From an uncultured delta proteobacterium (GTDB taxonomy: Bacteria > Myxococcota_A > UBA9160 > UBA4427): a DNA stretch of 64,000 bases. Position numbers and translations under genes: made by a program. How positions within the stretch are numbered: position 1 is the stretch's first letter; the number at the start of each line of letters is the position of its first letter. Location of the stretch: positions 1,024,001-1,088,000 of the forward strand of contig CAWGJT010000005.1 of NCBI GenBank assembly GCA_963822965.1, written 5' to 3'. Positions 9,360-18,169 of the stretch are shown here, piece by piece. The notes below the pieces were generated by a model. The model was not told the DNA's origin and did no database searches. It saw only the letters and a program-made list of their open reading frames with translations.

Positions 9360-10901
9360 TCAGACGATGCGGGAGTCCTTCTTGCCCCAGAAGCGGTCGC
9401 GCAGCAGCCGCTTGTAGAGCTTGCCGGTGGGCAGCCGGGGCAGCTCCGCGTCGTAGTCGATGGAGCGAGGCACCTTGAAGCGGGCGAGACCCTGCTGGCA
9501 GAAGGCCAGCAGCTCGCGGGTGAGTGCCTCGTCGCCTTCCACGCCGGGCATGGGCTGCACCACCGCCTTCACCTCCTCGCCCAGGTCGTCGTTGGGCACC
9601 CCGAAGACCGCCACGTCCGCCACCTTGGGATGGGTGACCAGGTGATCCTCGATCTCGCGCGGGTAGATGTTCACGCCGCCCGAGATGATCATGTAGGCCT
9701 TGCGGTCGGTGAGGAAGAGGTAGCCGTCCTCGTCCACGTAGCCGACGTCGCCCAGGGTGGTGCGCCCGCCGCCGAGACGGCTCTCGGCGGTCTTCTCCGG
9801 CGCGTTGTGGTAGGCGAACTCGCCGCCCCCCGAGAAGCAGACGACGCCTTCCTGGCCCTGCGGCAGGTCGTTTCCCTCCTCGTCCACGATGTGGAGCTTC
9901 GTGCCCATGGCGCGGCCCACCGAACCGGGCTTCTGCAGCCACTCGGGGCTGGTGATGAAGGTGCTGCCGTTGCCCTCGGTCCCCGCGTAGTACTCGAAGA
10001 GGATCGGTCCCCACCACTCGATCATGCCGCGCTTGACGGGCACGGGGCACGGCGCGGCCGCGTGGATGGCGACCCGGTGCGAGCCGAGCTCGTGACGGAC
10101 CCGCTCCTCCTCGGGCAGCTTGAGCATGCGGCTGAACATGGTCGGCACCCACTGGCTGTGGGTGACGCGATGCTTCTCGATCAGCTCGAGCGCCCGGAGC
10201 GGCTCGAACTTCTCCATCATCACCACCGTCCCGCCGTGGCAGATCGTCGAGCTGGAGAACGCCAGGGGCGCGGCGTGGTACATGGGCGCCGGCGAGAGAT
10301 AGACCATCTCCTGCTGGAATCCGAAGAGCAGCCCGAGCGTCCGGGGCGCCTCGTGCTCGCTGGGCGTCGCGTCCGGCAGGGGAGCGAGGACGCCCTTGGG
10401 CCGGCCGGTGGTCCCCGACGAGTAGAGCATCGCCGCTCCCATGGTCTCGTCCGGAAGGCGCTCGCTGGAGAAGGACTCGACGGCGGGCTCGTAGGCCTCG
10501 AAGCCGGGAACGACGCCGTCCACCATCAGGCGCGTGTGGACGCGGTCGATGGCGCTCTCCCCGGACAGGGCCGCGGCCACGCTGGCCTTGGCGGCGCTCG
10601 TCACCAGCGCCCGGGCCTCGCAGTCGTTCACGATGTAGGCGACCTCGGGCGGCGTCAGGTAGCTGTTGATCGCGGTCACGTAGAGGCCCGATCGCAGGGC
10701 CGCCCACATGACCTCGAGGAAGCGGGGCTGGTTCTCCATGAAGAGGGCGATGTGGTCGCCGCGCCGCAGACCCGCCTCGCGCAGCAGCCGGGCCAGGCGG
10801 GTGGAGCGCTCGTCCAGCTCCCGGAAGGTCACGACGGCGCCCGACCCCATGATGATGGCCGGCTTGTCGGGCGTCGACTCCACGTAGTCTCCGGGGTACA
10901 T
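9360..10901 (-). CDS. Acyl-CoA synthetase (AMP-forming, fatty-acid-CoA ligase family)
   Basis: YSSGTTGRPKG P-loop, YYAGTEG, GDVGYVDEDGYLFLTDRK, LPRLPTGKLYKR. ATG at 10901 after GGGAGG. Confidence 0.93.
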   Translation of the reverse strand: MYPGDYVESTPDKPAIIMGSGAVVTFRELDERSTRLARLLREAGLRRGDHIALFMENQPRFLEVMWAALRSGLYVTAINSYLTPPEVAYIVNDCEARALVTSAAKASVAAALSGESAIDRVHTRLMVDGVVPGFEAYEPAVESFSSERLPDETMGAAMLYSSGTTGRPKGVLAPLPDATPSEHEAPRTLGLLFGFQQEMVYLSPAPMYHAAPLAFSSSTICHGGTVVMMEKFEPLRALELIEKHRVTHSQWVPTMFSRMLKLPEEERVRHELGSHRVAIHAAAPCPVPVKRGMIEWWGPILFEYYAGTEGNGSTFITSPEWLQKPGSVGRAMGTKLHIVDEEGNDLPQGQEGVVCFSGGGEFAYHNAPEKTAESRLGGGRTTLGDVGYVDEDGYLFLTDRKAYMIISGGVNIYPREIEDHLVTHPKVADVAVFGVPNDDLGEEVKAVVQPMPGVEGDEALTRELLAFCQQGLARFKVPRSIDYDAELPRLPTGKLYKRLLRDRFWGKKDSRIV

Positions 10902-11044
10902 GACGGCTTCCTCCCTGGTCCTCGGTCCTCGGTCCTCGCGCGGGTCTCGCTTCTCCGCTCGGGCCGCTCCCCTTATACTCGCCCAGGATACCGACCCACA
11001 CCCCGGTCCCACGACACCGGAGAGCCCTGCGGAGGGAACGGACC

Positions 11045-12931
11045 ATGTCGAGCCCCTGGCGTACCCGGGCAGTCGTCACCGGCGGCCTGCTGATCGCCCT
11101 GTCCTCGCTGCTCGCGGGCGTTGCCTGCCGCGGACCGGAGCCCGCGCCGCCGCCCCCCACCCCGAGCCCCGACACGGTTCGCACGCTCGCCCAGGGCCAG
11201 GTGATCGGCTTCGAGGATCGCTTCGACAGCCACGTCTGGCGGGGCATCCCGTATGCGCAACCCCCGGTAGGGGCCCTCCGCTGGCGCGCTCCCCGTCCGC
11301 CCGAGCCGTGGGACGGCACCCGCGAGGCCCTCACCCAGGGAAGATCCTGTCCCCAGTTCGCCGGGCCGGGGGGCGGCCCCCATGGCGAGGAGCGCGGCGA
11401 GCCCATGGGCGACGAGGACTGCCTCTACGTGAACGTCTTCGCGCCGCGCTTCACGCCGGACGCCGTGCCCACCGGCGACCGGCGACTGCCCGTGATGGTC
11501 TGGATCCACGGCGGCGGCAACACCATCGGCGACTCGCGGCCCTATCACGGCGGACGGCTGGCGAGCCGGCACGACGTCGTGGTCTTCACCATCAACTACC
11601 GGCTCGGCGTCTTCGGATGGTTCACGCATCCCGCCCTTCGCGGCCCGCAGGACGACGCCTGGGATCGCTCCGGGAACTGGGGAACCCTCGATCTCATCCG
11701 CGCGCTGCAATGGGTGCGGGAGAACGCCTCGGCGTTCGGCGGCAATCCCGACAACGTGACGATCTTCGGCGAGTCGGCGGGCGGCACCAACGTGTATTCG
11801 CTGCTCGTCTCGCGGCCGGCCCGGGGACTCTTCCAGCGGGCCATCGTCGAGAGCGGCGGCCTGCGGACCACGCCGCGGGCCGAGGCGGAGAACCTGGTGG
11901 ACGCGAAGGTCCCGGGCGACGCGTCGAGCTCGAGCGAGGTGCTGCTGCGACTCTTCCTGCAGGATGGCGCCGTCGACCGCGCCGCCGCCAAGGTGGAGCT
12001 GGCCTCCATGAAGCCTCCCGAGATCGCCGCCTACCTGCGCGGCAAGAGCAGCCGGGAGATCCTGGGGGTCTTCGGAAGGAACGAGCGCCTGGGCGGCATG
12101 TATCGCGTGCCGACGCTGATCCGCGACGGCGCCGTGCTGCCCGAGGGCGATCCCCACGACGTCCTCGCCGACCCCGACGGCACGGCGCCGGTGCCCACGA
12201 TCCTCGGCACCAACCGCGACGAGAACAAGCTCTTCCTCCTCTTCGGCTCCGACAACGTGCGGCATCTGTTCGGCCTGCCGCTCTGGCTCGCGGACGAGCG
12301 CGCCTACGACCTGGAAGCCGAGTACCAGTCGCTGGCCTGGAAGGCGTCGGGCGTCGACGGCCCCGCGGCAGCCATGCACGCGGCCCGCCCGGCGCCGGTC
12401 TTCGCCTATCGATTCGACTGGGACGAGGAGCCGACGGTGCTGTGGGCCGACTTCTCCAAGATGCTGGGGGCGTCCCACGCGCTCGAGATCCCGTTCGTCT
12501 TCGGCACCTTCGACCTGGGACGCGGCAACCGCTTCCTGTGGGACGAGGCGCGCATCCCCGAGCGGGATGCGCTCTCCGACGCGATGATGTCGTACTGGAC
12601 GAGCTTCGCCTACACGGGCGATCCGGGACGCGGCCGCAGCGGCACCCTCGTGCCCTGGACCGCGTGGGATGCGACCCGCGCTTCCGCGCCGAAGTTCCTG
12701 GTCTTCGACACGCCCGCCGACGGCGGGATCCGCATGTCGTCCAACACCATCACCAACGAGCGCCTGCTCGCAAAGCTGGCCGGCGACGACCGCTTCGAGG
12801 ACCTGCGCGAGCGCTGCCAGGTGCTCTACGAGCTCGTCACCTGGGGGCGCGGCATCTCCGAGGACGAGTACGCGGTCTTCTCGGACGGCGCGTGCAGGGC
12901 GTTCCCGCTGGACGCCTTTCCCTGGAACTGA
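11045..12931 (+). CDS. Type-B carboxylesterase, probable lipoprotein
   Basis: GIPYAQPP, EDCLYVNV, WIHGGG, NYRLG, FGESAG nucleophile elbow, GASHALEI; N-terminal LLAGVA-C lipobox-like signal. Confidence 0.92.
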   Translation: MSSPWRTRAVVTGGLLIALSSLLAGVACRGPEPAPPPPTPSPDTVRTLAQGQVIGFEDRFDSHVWRGIPYAQPPVGALRWRAPRPPEPWDGTREALTQGRSCPQFAGPGGGPHGEERGEPMGDEDCLYVNVFAPRFTPDAVPTGDRRLPVMVWIHGGGNTIGDSRPYHGGRLASRHDVVVFTINYRLGVFGWFTHPALRGPQDDAWDRSGNWGTLDLIRALQWVRENASAFGGNPDNVTIFGESAGGTNVYSLLVSRPARGLFQRAIVESGGLRTTPRAEAENLVDAKVPGDASSSSEVLLRLFLQDGAVDRAAAKVELASMKPPEIAAYLRGKSSREILGVFGRNERLGGMYRVPTLIRDGAVLPEGDPHDVLADPDGTAPVPTILGTNRDENKLFLLFGSDNVRHLFGLPLWLADERAYDLEAEYQSLAWKASGVDGPAAAMHAARPAPVFAYRFDWDEEPTVLWADFSKMLGASHALEIPFVFGTFDLGRGNRFLWDEARIPERDALSDAMMSYWTSFAYTGDPGRGRSGTLVPWTAWDATRASAPKFLVFDTPADGGIRMSSNTITNERLLAKLAGDDRFEDLRERCQVLYELVTWGRGISEDEYAVFSDGACRAFPLDAFPWN

Positions 12932-12977
12932 AGTGAAGTGAAAGAGGCCCTGGAACTGAAGTGAAAGCGGCCCTGGA
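12920..12977 (+). repeat. Short tandem duplication of the carboxylesterase 3' end (CCCTGGAACTGAAGTGAA x2 plus a partial third CCCTGGA)
   Basis: Copies start at 12920 and 12948, with a partial copy at 12971. Confidence 0.8.
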
Positions 12978-12989
12978 CGGGGCAGGCGA

Positions 12990-13598
12990 TCAGGCGGCGT
13001 CGCGCTTCTCGCGGCGGGAGTCGGCCTCGGCGAAGAGGATCTGCACGTCGCGGAGCGCCACCAGCAGCCGGCCGTAGAGCCGGATCTTCAGGCCTTCGAG
13101 GATCGAGAATCCGATCAGCGCGAAGATGCTCGAGGTGAGCGCCAGCGCCAGGGCGCCGAGCTCGAGGGATTTCTCCGAGGCCTGCATCGAGAGAAAAAGG
13201 ATGAGCATGCCGCCGGTGGTTCCGATGAAGCCGATCGGCGGGAGGAGGCTCCCGAACATCGTGATGAGCCGCGTGTAGTTGACCTCGAACTCGTCCATCA
13301 CGTACTGCCGGCTAGCGTCGAACACGAAGTCGGTCGGATGGTCTGCGTTGTCGCGCAGGGACTTGCGCAGGATGCGCATCATCAGGATCGCCAGCGGCTC
13401 GGTCCGGCCGCTCTCGACCTCCCCGCCGCCCCGCCGCAAGGTGCCGGCGTCCACGCGCCGGGTGGCGCTCCAGGCCCGCAGGCAGATGCGGATCCCCTTG
13501 TAGAAGGGCACCCAGGTGCACACGAGGGCGACCACGGTCAACAGCCACGCTACGGATTCTTCGGAAAACACGCTCGCTACCCCTTCTATCCCTTCCAC
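12990..13598 (-). CDS. MotA/TolQ/ExbB proton-channel family protein
   Basis: Three TM helices; LLPPIGFIGTTGGM matches the P-x-x-G-x-x-GT-x-x-G signature; ALALTSS in TM3. Confidence 0.85.
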   Translation of the reverse strand: MEGIEGVASVFSEESVAWLLTVVALVCTWVPFYKGIRICLRAWSATRRVDAGTLRRGGGEVESGRTEPLAILMMRILRKSLRDNADHPTDFVFDASRQYVMDEFEVNYTRLITMFGSLLPPIGFIGTTGGMLILFLSMQASEKSLELGALALALTSSIFALIGFSILEGLKIRLYGRLLVALRDVQILFAEADSRREKRDAA

Positions 13599-14107
13599 TT
13601 CCGGTCGCGGAGGATCTGGAGGCCGTCCCCCAGGCTTCCCTGTCGTCCGATCGGATACTCGATCAGCAGGTTCTCACGGCCCTGAAAGCGCCGCTCGATG
13701 TCGTCGATCGTGTCCTGGACCCGCCGCGGATATCGCATCTGGATGAGGAGCTCGGCCTTCGCGAAGCGCAGGCTCGCGTCGACGGCGGCCAGCTCGGCGT
13801 GGTTGCTCTGCCACTGTGCTCGCAGCAGGGGGTCCAGGTACTCGCCCAGATAGCTGGCCAGGAAGGTGTCGAAGAGATCGATCGAGCGGTTGTCCCGCCG
13901 GTCCACCAGGCTCTGCAGGGTGGCGTGGAAGTGGAGCAGGTCGCGATACGCGCGGTCGAGATCGTGCTTGCGCTGCACCAGCGCCTCGCCGCCGAGGGGT
14001 GCCTCGCTCACCTTCGCCGCGTCGAGGTCGTACGCCTCGCCGCCGGCGCACGCGGTGAGCGCCAACGTCGCCACCGCCAGGATCGTATTGCGGATTCGCG
14101 TGTTCAT
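13586..14107 (-). CDS. Hypothetical lipoprotein (alpha-helical)
   Basis: MNTRIRNTILAVATLALTA-C lipobox; overlaps both neighbouring genes, implying translational coupling. Confidence 0.75.
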   Translation of the reverse strand: MNTRIRNTILAVATLALTACAGGEAYDLDAAKVSEAPLGGEALVQRKHDLDRAYRDLLHFHATLQSLVDRRDNRSIDLFDTFLASYLGEYLDPLLRAQWQSNHAELAAVDASLRFAKAELLIQMRYPRRVQDTIDDIERRFQGRENLLIEYPIGRQGSLGDGLQILRDRKWKG

Positions 14108-16254
14108 GCGTCGTCCCTCCCCTCGCCAGGCGTCGGCGCGCCGTTCTCGTGGTACATGCGTCGCAGCAGGCTGTGGACCGGGTGGTCACGCTGGGCTCGC
14201 AGCTCGTCGATCATCGGGTCGGCCTCCCGCGCCGCCTGGTAGAGGGGCAGCGCGCGCTTGCGGGCCGAGAGCTGCCGCTCGATCTTCGCGAGCTCGTCCG
14301 TCACCTTGTGGATGCGCCGGGTGACCGAGGTGCGCTCGGCGCGGGCGCTGCCGGGATCGTCGTTGGATGCCGCCTTGGCGGGACCGGCCGACTCGTCGTC
14401 GCCGCCCACGCCGTTCATCCGACGCCGCTGCGCTTCGAGGCTGGCCAGCTCGGTCTGGAGCGCGGCCCGGCGCTGGTCGAGGTCGCCGAGGCTGTTCTCG
14501 AGCACGCCGCGCTGCTCGGTGTCCGCGAAGCCCAGGTACATGAGCACCAGGTCGTCGCCCAGGGCGCGGCGCATGGCGCCCAGCGGCTTCGCGTCGGCCT
14601 CGCCGGCCTGGATCCACTTGTGGAGCTCGCGCGAGCGCACCACCGCGTCGGCGATGGGGCGCCCGAGGTTCATGTACTCGTTCGACTGCCCCTTGCGCTC
14701 GAGGGCGTTCGTCAGGAGCGACCACAGGCGCCGGTCGAACGGATAGAGCCGGAGCGCCGTCACGTAGTTCTGGACGACGAGGTCGATCTCGGCCGCCGTC
14801 GGATTGCTCTCCGCGAAGCCCATGTAGGCGTCGCCGAAGCCCCGTGCCGACTCGTAGGCGGCGAAGTACGCCGAGTCGGGCACGAACTCGAGGGAGTCGG
14901 GCGTGGCGAACTGCTGGAAGAACGAGAGATAGCGGGCGTACATCCGCGACGCGCTCCGGACCAGGTCCTGGGAGCGCGTCTTCTCGCGCAGGCTGCGGGC
15001 GAGGTAGTAGTCCGCCGCGTTGAGGTGGGTCTCCTGGATCTCCTCCCACAGCGAATGCAGGGTCTGGATGTAGGCGTCGCGGCCGGCGGTGCGGTACCCG
15101 GCCTCCTTCCAGCCGTCTCCGGTGCGCGCGTCGAAGAGCGCCGCGTAGGTCTCGATGGCGCCTTCCATCTGGAAGGGCGTCTCCACCGACGGATCGACGC
15201 CCAGGCGCTGCTTGGCGGCGTAGATCTCGCCCATCTGCCGTAGCACGCGGATGTAGACCGCCGCGCGGCCCTGCAGGGTTTCGGCGCGGTCGAGCGCCGC
15301 CTCGTAGGCGCCGCTCGCGACGCCGATGGCCTTGATGGTCTCCTCGCTGAGCCCCTTGGTGGCGAGCAGTCCGCGGGCGTACTCGTGGTAGCGACCCGCC
15401 TCGAAGAGGGCGAGCGTGAAGGTGAGCGAGCCGCCGTCGGACTCGGGACCGTCGACGCGTTCGATGATACGATCGAGGTACGGGAGCGAAGAGGCCTCGG
15501 GCGGAATCACGTCCGGATGCGCGCCCACGCGGCCGTCGTGGAGCAGCCGCACGATGGCCACCAGCGGATCGAGGTCGCGGTTCATGCCCGCTTCCTGGCT
15601 GCGGATCAAGATGAGACGCGCCTGGTTCTCGAACACGTAGGGCAGCGCCGACACGAAGCCCGAGTTCGCGGACTGGGAGAGGGAGAGCGCTTCGAGGGTC
15701 TCGTAGGCGCTCTCGAGCGGAACCACCACGTCGAGCCACAGGTCGAGATTCTGCTTGACGAAGTCCGAAGGGCTGCCCTTCTCGAGCGCCCGGTGGGCCA
15801 TGATGTAGTGATACCAGTAGGCGTTCTCGTGCCGGCCCTGCTGGTTCTCGAAGCCCTCGATCGCATCGACGGCCTTGTCGAGGTAGCGGGTGTTGCCGCC
15901 GGCGAGATAGAGGAGGAAGTAGCCGATGCCGAGGCGCCGGAGGGAGGGCTCGTCGAGCGCTTCCCCGTCGTCGCGCTTCGCCTCGTAGGTCTCGAAGAGA
16001 TACTCCTCGAGGGTGACGCCGGCCTCCTTGCCGTACTGCGCCAGGCGGTCGCTCAGAGCCTTCGGCTCCGCGGACGTGTAGACGTACGCGTAATCGAGGT
16101 ATCCCTCCCAGCGCGCCGGATCGCGGGTCGCCGCACGGGCGATCCCACCGGACACCAGGGTGAGCGCCAGGGCCGCGACACACGTCGCGAGCGCGAGCCT
16201 GCGGGCCCGGCCTCCGTCCCGTCTCGGTTCTCGTCGTCGAAGTTCTGTGTTCAT
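14104..16254 (-). CDS. Large secreted hypothetical protein, Tyr/Ala-rich helical (TPR-like) with a C-terminal coiled coil
   Basis: Signal peptide (RRLALATCVAALALTLVSGGIARA); helical-repeat character; heptad-like C-terminus. No family recognised. Confidence 0.7.
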   Translation of the reverse strand: MNTELRRREPRRDGGRARRLALATCVAALALTLVSGGIARAATRDPARWEGYLDYAYVYTSAEPKALSDRLAQYGKEAGVTLEEYLFETYEAKRDDGEALDEPSLRRLGIGYFLLYLAGGNTRYLDKAVDAIEGFENQQGRHENAYWYHYIMAHRALEKGSPSDFVKQNLDLWLDVVVPLESAYETLEALSLSQSANSGFVSALPYVFENQARLILIRSQEAGMNRDLDPLVAIVRLLHDGRVGAHPDVIPPEASSLPYLDRIIERVDGPESDGGSLTFTLALFEAGRYHEYARGLLATKGLSEETIKAIGVASGAYEAALDRAETLQGRAAVYIRVLRQMGEIYAAKQRLGVDPSVETPFQMEGAIETYAALFDARTGDGWKEAGYRTAGRDAYIQTLHSLWEEIQETHLNAADYYLARSLREKTRSQDLVRSASRMYARYLSFFQQFATPDSLEFVPDSAYFAAYESARGFGDAYMGFAESNPTAAEIDLVVQNYVTALRLYPFDRRLWSLLTNALERKGQSNEYMNLGRPIADAVVRSRELHKWIQAGEADAKPLGAMRRALGDDLVLMYLGFADTEQRGVLENSLGDLDQRRAALQTELASLEAQRRRMNGVGGDDESAGPAKAASNDDPGSARAERTSVTRRIHKVTDELAKIERQLSARKRALPLYQAAREADPMIDELRAQRDHPVHSLLRRMYHENGAPTPGEGRDDA

Positions 16255-16290
16255 TCCGGTTTGCGGCTCCCCGTCCTCGTTCCGCCGACC

Positions 16291-17595
16291 TCAGCGTTCG
16301 ACGCAATCGAGCGCGTGCCGGAGCTCTACGCAGCGGTCGGCCACGGGCCGACCGGGTGCACGCTCGATCGTCATCAGGAATGCGTTCAGGTTCTTGGTCT
16401 CTACGAATCGGTAGGTCCCTGCCCGATTTACGCATTCCCTTTGCGTCGTTACGGCAGCCACCAGCCGGCGCTTGAGCGCGTCTTCCTGGGCCTCCGAGAC
16501 GCAGGCCGCCAGCGAGGCCAGGGGCACCGCTGCGAGCCCACCGTTGCCCGAGCGGTCCTCGCGGCTGCGACCGCCGGTGGCGCGGTCCGTGTGGCTCCGC
16601 TCGAAGCCGCGTGCGGGAGGCTCCGGGAGGGCGGCCCGGGCCGCCGGGGCCACGGCGGAGAGCGCCGGCGCGATGGCCGGCGGCCGCGTCGACCGGTGGC
16701 GATCGGGCAGCACGGGCTGGCCCCGCCGAGGAGCGGGCTCCGGGGCGGCGAGGGCGGCGGGCGGGGGCGGCGGCGCCGCCGCCGCGAAGGAGACGTTCAC
16801 CCGGGAGCGGCTCTCCCCGGCGACCGGTGCGGGCCGGTGGGTGCGCGCCACGGGGGCTTCCGGCGCGGGCGCCGACGGGGGTCTCGCCGCGATGGGAGGC
16901 CCGAGATCCGCCCTCGGTCGCCGGCTCGGCGCCTCGGCGCGGACCGCCGCGAAGCGCCGGGGGCGCTCGGGCTCGGCGACCCGGGGCAGATCCGGCGCGT
17001 CCACCACCGGAGCCAGCTCCATCTTGGGGCGCACGGTCTCCCGCACCCGGTTGCCCCGGCGGACGGGCGGCGGGGGCGGCGGCTCGGGGGCCTTCGCGAG
17101 CGCCACCGCGTCGATCTGCGGGCGCACCACCGGCTTGGGCTTCACGACGGGCTTCGGCGCGGGTCGCGGCGGCGGCTTCACCTTCGCCACCCGCTGCACC
17201 GGCGGCGGAGGCGGAGGCTCGGGCTTCACCACCTCCTTCTTCGGCGGCGGCGGAGGCTCGGGCTTCTTCTCGGCCACCTTCTGGGGCGGAGGCGGCTCCT
17301 CGATGGGAAGGGGCTCGGGCTCGGGAGCCTCCTCGACGACCGGCGCCTCTCGCTGGATCATGACGACCTCGAGGTCCGTGTACCCCTTGTCGCGACTGGT
17401 GGTGACGAAGAGGGCGGCCAGCACGAAGACGGCCAGCACCAGGGGCGGCGCCACCGTGAGATAGAAGTCGGCACCCGCGTCCCGCAGCGCACCGCCCATG
17501 GAGAGCGAGCGCTGGGTCACGAAGTGCGGAACGGGCGAGAGCCTCACCCGCGCGGCGCCGAACCCGTAGTGGCGGCGGACCCGCCAGTCGCTCAT
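16291..17595 (-). CDS. Proline-rich single-TM TonB/TolA-like energy transducer with an atypical Cys-containing C-terminal domain
   Basis: ATG at 17595 overlaps the upstream stop; one TM (VAPPLVLAVFVLAALFV), then EPEPLP/PEPPPPPKK/KPKP-rich linker; the last ~75 aa contain 4 Cys. Confidence 0.65.
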   Translation of the reverse strand: MSDWRVRRHYGFGAARVRLSPVPHFVTQRSLSMGGALRDAGADFYLTVAPPLVLAVFVLAALFVTTSRDKGYTDLEVVMIQREAPVVEEAPEPEPLPIEEPPPPQKVAEKKPEPPPPPKKEVVKPEPPPPPPVQRVAKVKPPPRPAPKPVVKPKPVVRPQIDAVALAKAPEPPPPPPVRRGNRVRETVRPKMELAPVVDAPDLPRVAEPERPRRFAAVRAEAPSRRPRADLGPPIAARPPSAPAPEAPVARTHRPAPVAGESRSRVNVSFAAAAPPPPPAALAAPEPAPRRGQPVLPDRHRSTRPPAIAPALSAVAPAARAALPEPPARGFERSHTDRATGGRSREDRSGNGGLAAVPLASLAACVSEAQEDALKRRLVAAVTTQRECVNRAGTYRFVETKNLNAFLMTIERAPGRPVADRCVELRHALDCVER

Positions 17596-18077
17596 CGCTC
17601 CTCCAGCAGGCGTGCGACGAGGGCGCGGCGCGGGCTCGGCCAGTACTGCTCGATCAGGCCCGCGGCGTCCAGCAGGTCCTGGGAGCGCGAGTCCTCGTGG
17701 GGTGCGAGCAGCGGCTTGTCGACACCCTGACCGTGCAGTGCGCGCAGCGCGTCGCGCAGGGCGTTCTTGTCCAGCATCTCGGCCTCGTCCCCGAGCGCGT
17801 CCCCGCCGGCCAGGCGAAGCTCGAAGGGCGGCTCGAGGGTGCCGTCGTCGTACTGCGACGGCGGCTGCACGCGCAGCTGCCACAGCTTCCCGGCCGCACC
17901 GCCCGTGAACTCCTTGCTCGCCTCCTCGCCGATCTTCGGCACGGCCATCTCGCCGAGATCGGGCGCGCCCGCCTTCTCGGTGGCGACGAGCGTCATCGCG
18001 ATCAACATCAGGAATGCGAGGTCTACGAAGGAGAAGAGCCAGACCGGCGCTCCTCCCTTCTCCACTCTGTCTGCCAT
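17592..18077 (-). CDS. ExbD/TolR/MotB-like motor subunit
   Basis: MADRVEKGGAPVWLFSFVDLAFLMLIAM: single TM carrying the conserved Asp, followed by an ExbD-like periplasmic domain (LLAPHEDSRSQDLLDAAGLI). Confidence 0.75.
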   Translation of the reverse strand: MADRVEKGGAPVWLFSFVDLAFLMLIAMTLVATEKAGAPDLGEMAVPKIGEEASKEFTGGAAGKLWQLRVQPPSQYDDGTLEPPFELRLAGGDALGDEAEMLDKNALRDALRALHGQGVDKPLLAPHEDSRSQDLLDAAGLIEQYWPSPRRALVARLLEER

Positions 18078-18169
18078 AGTGCCACCGGACGCCGCGCGAG
18101 CCGCGCGACCGCCCTCCCCCCCTGTGTGCTTCGCCTCCAGGAACCCGGCGGACCCCGCCGCCCGACCTC

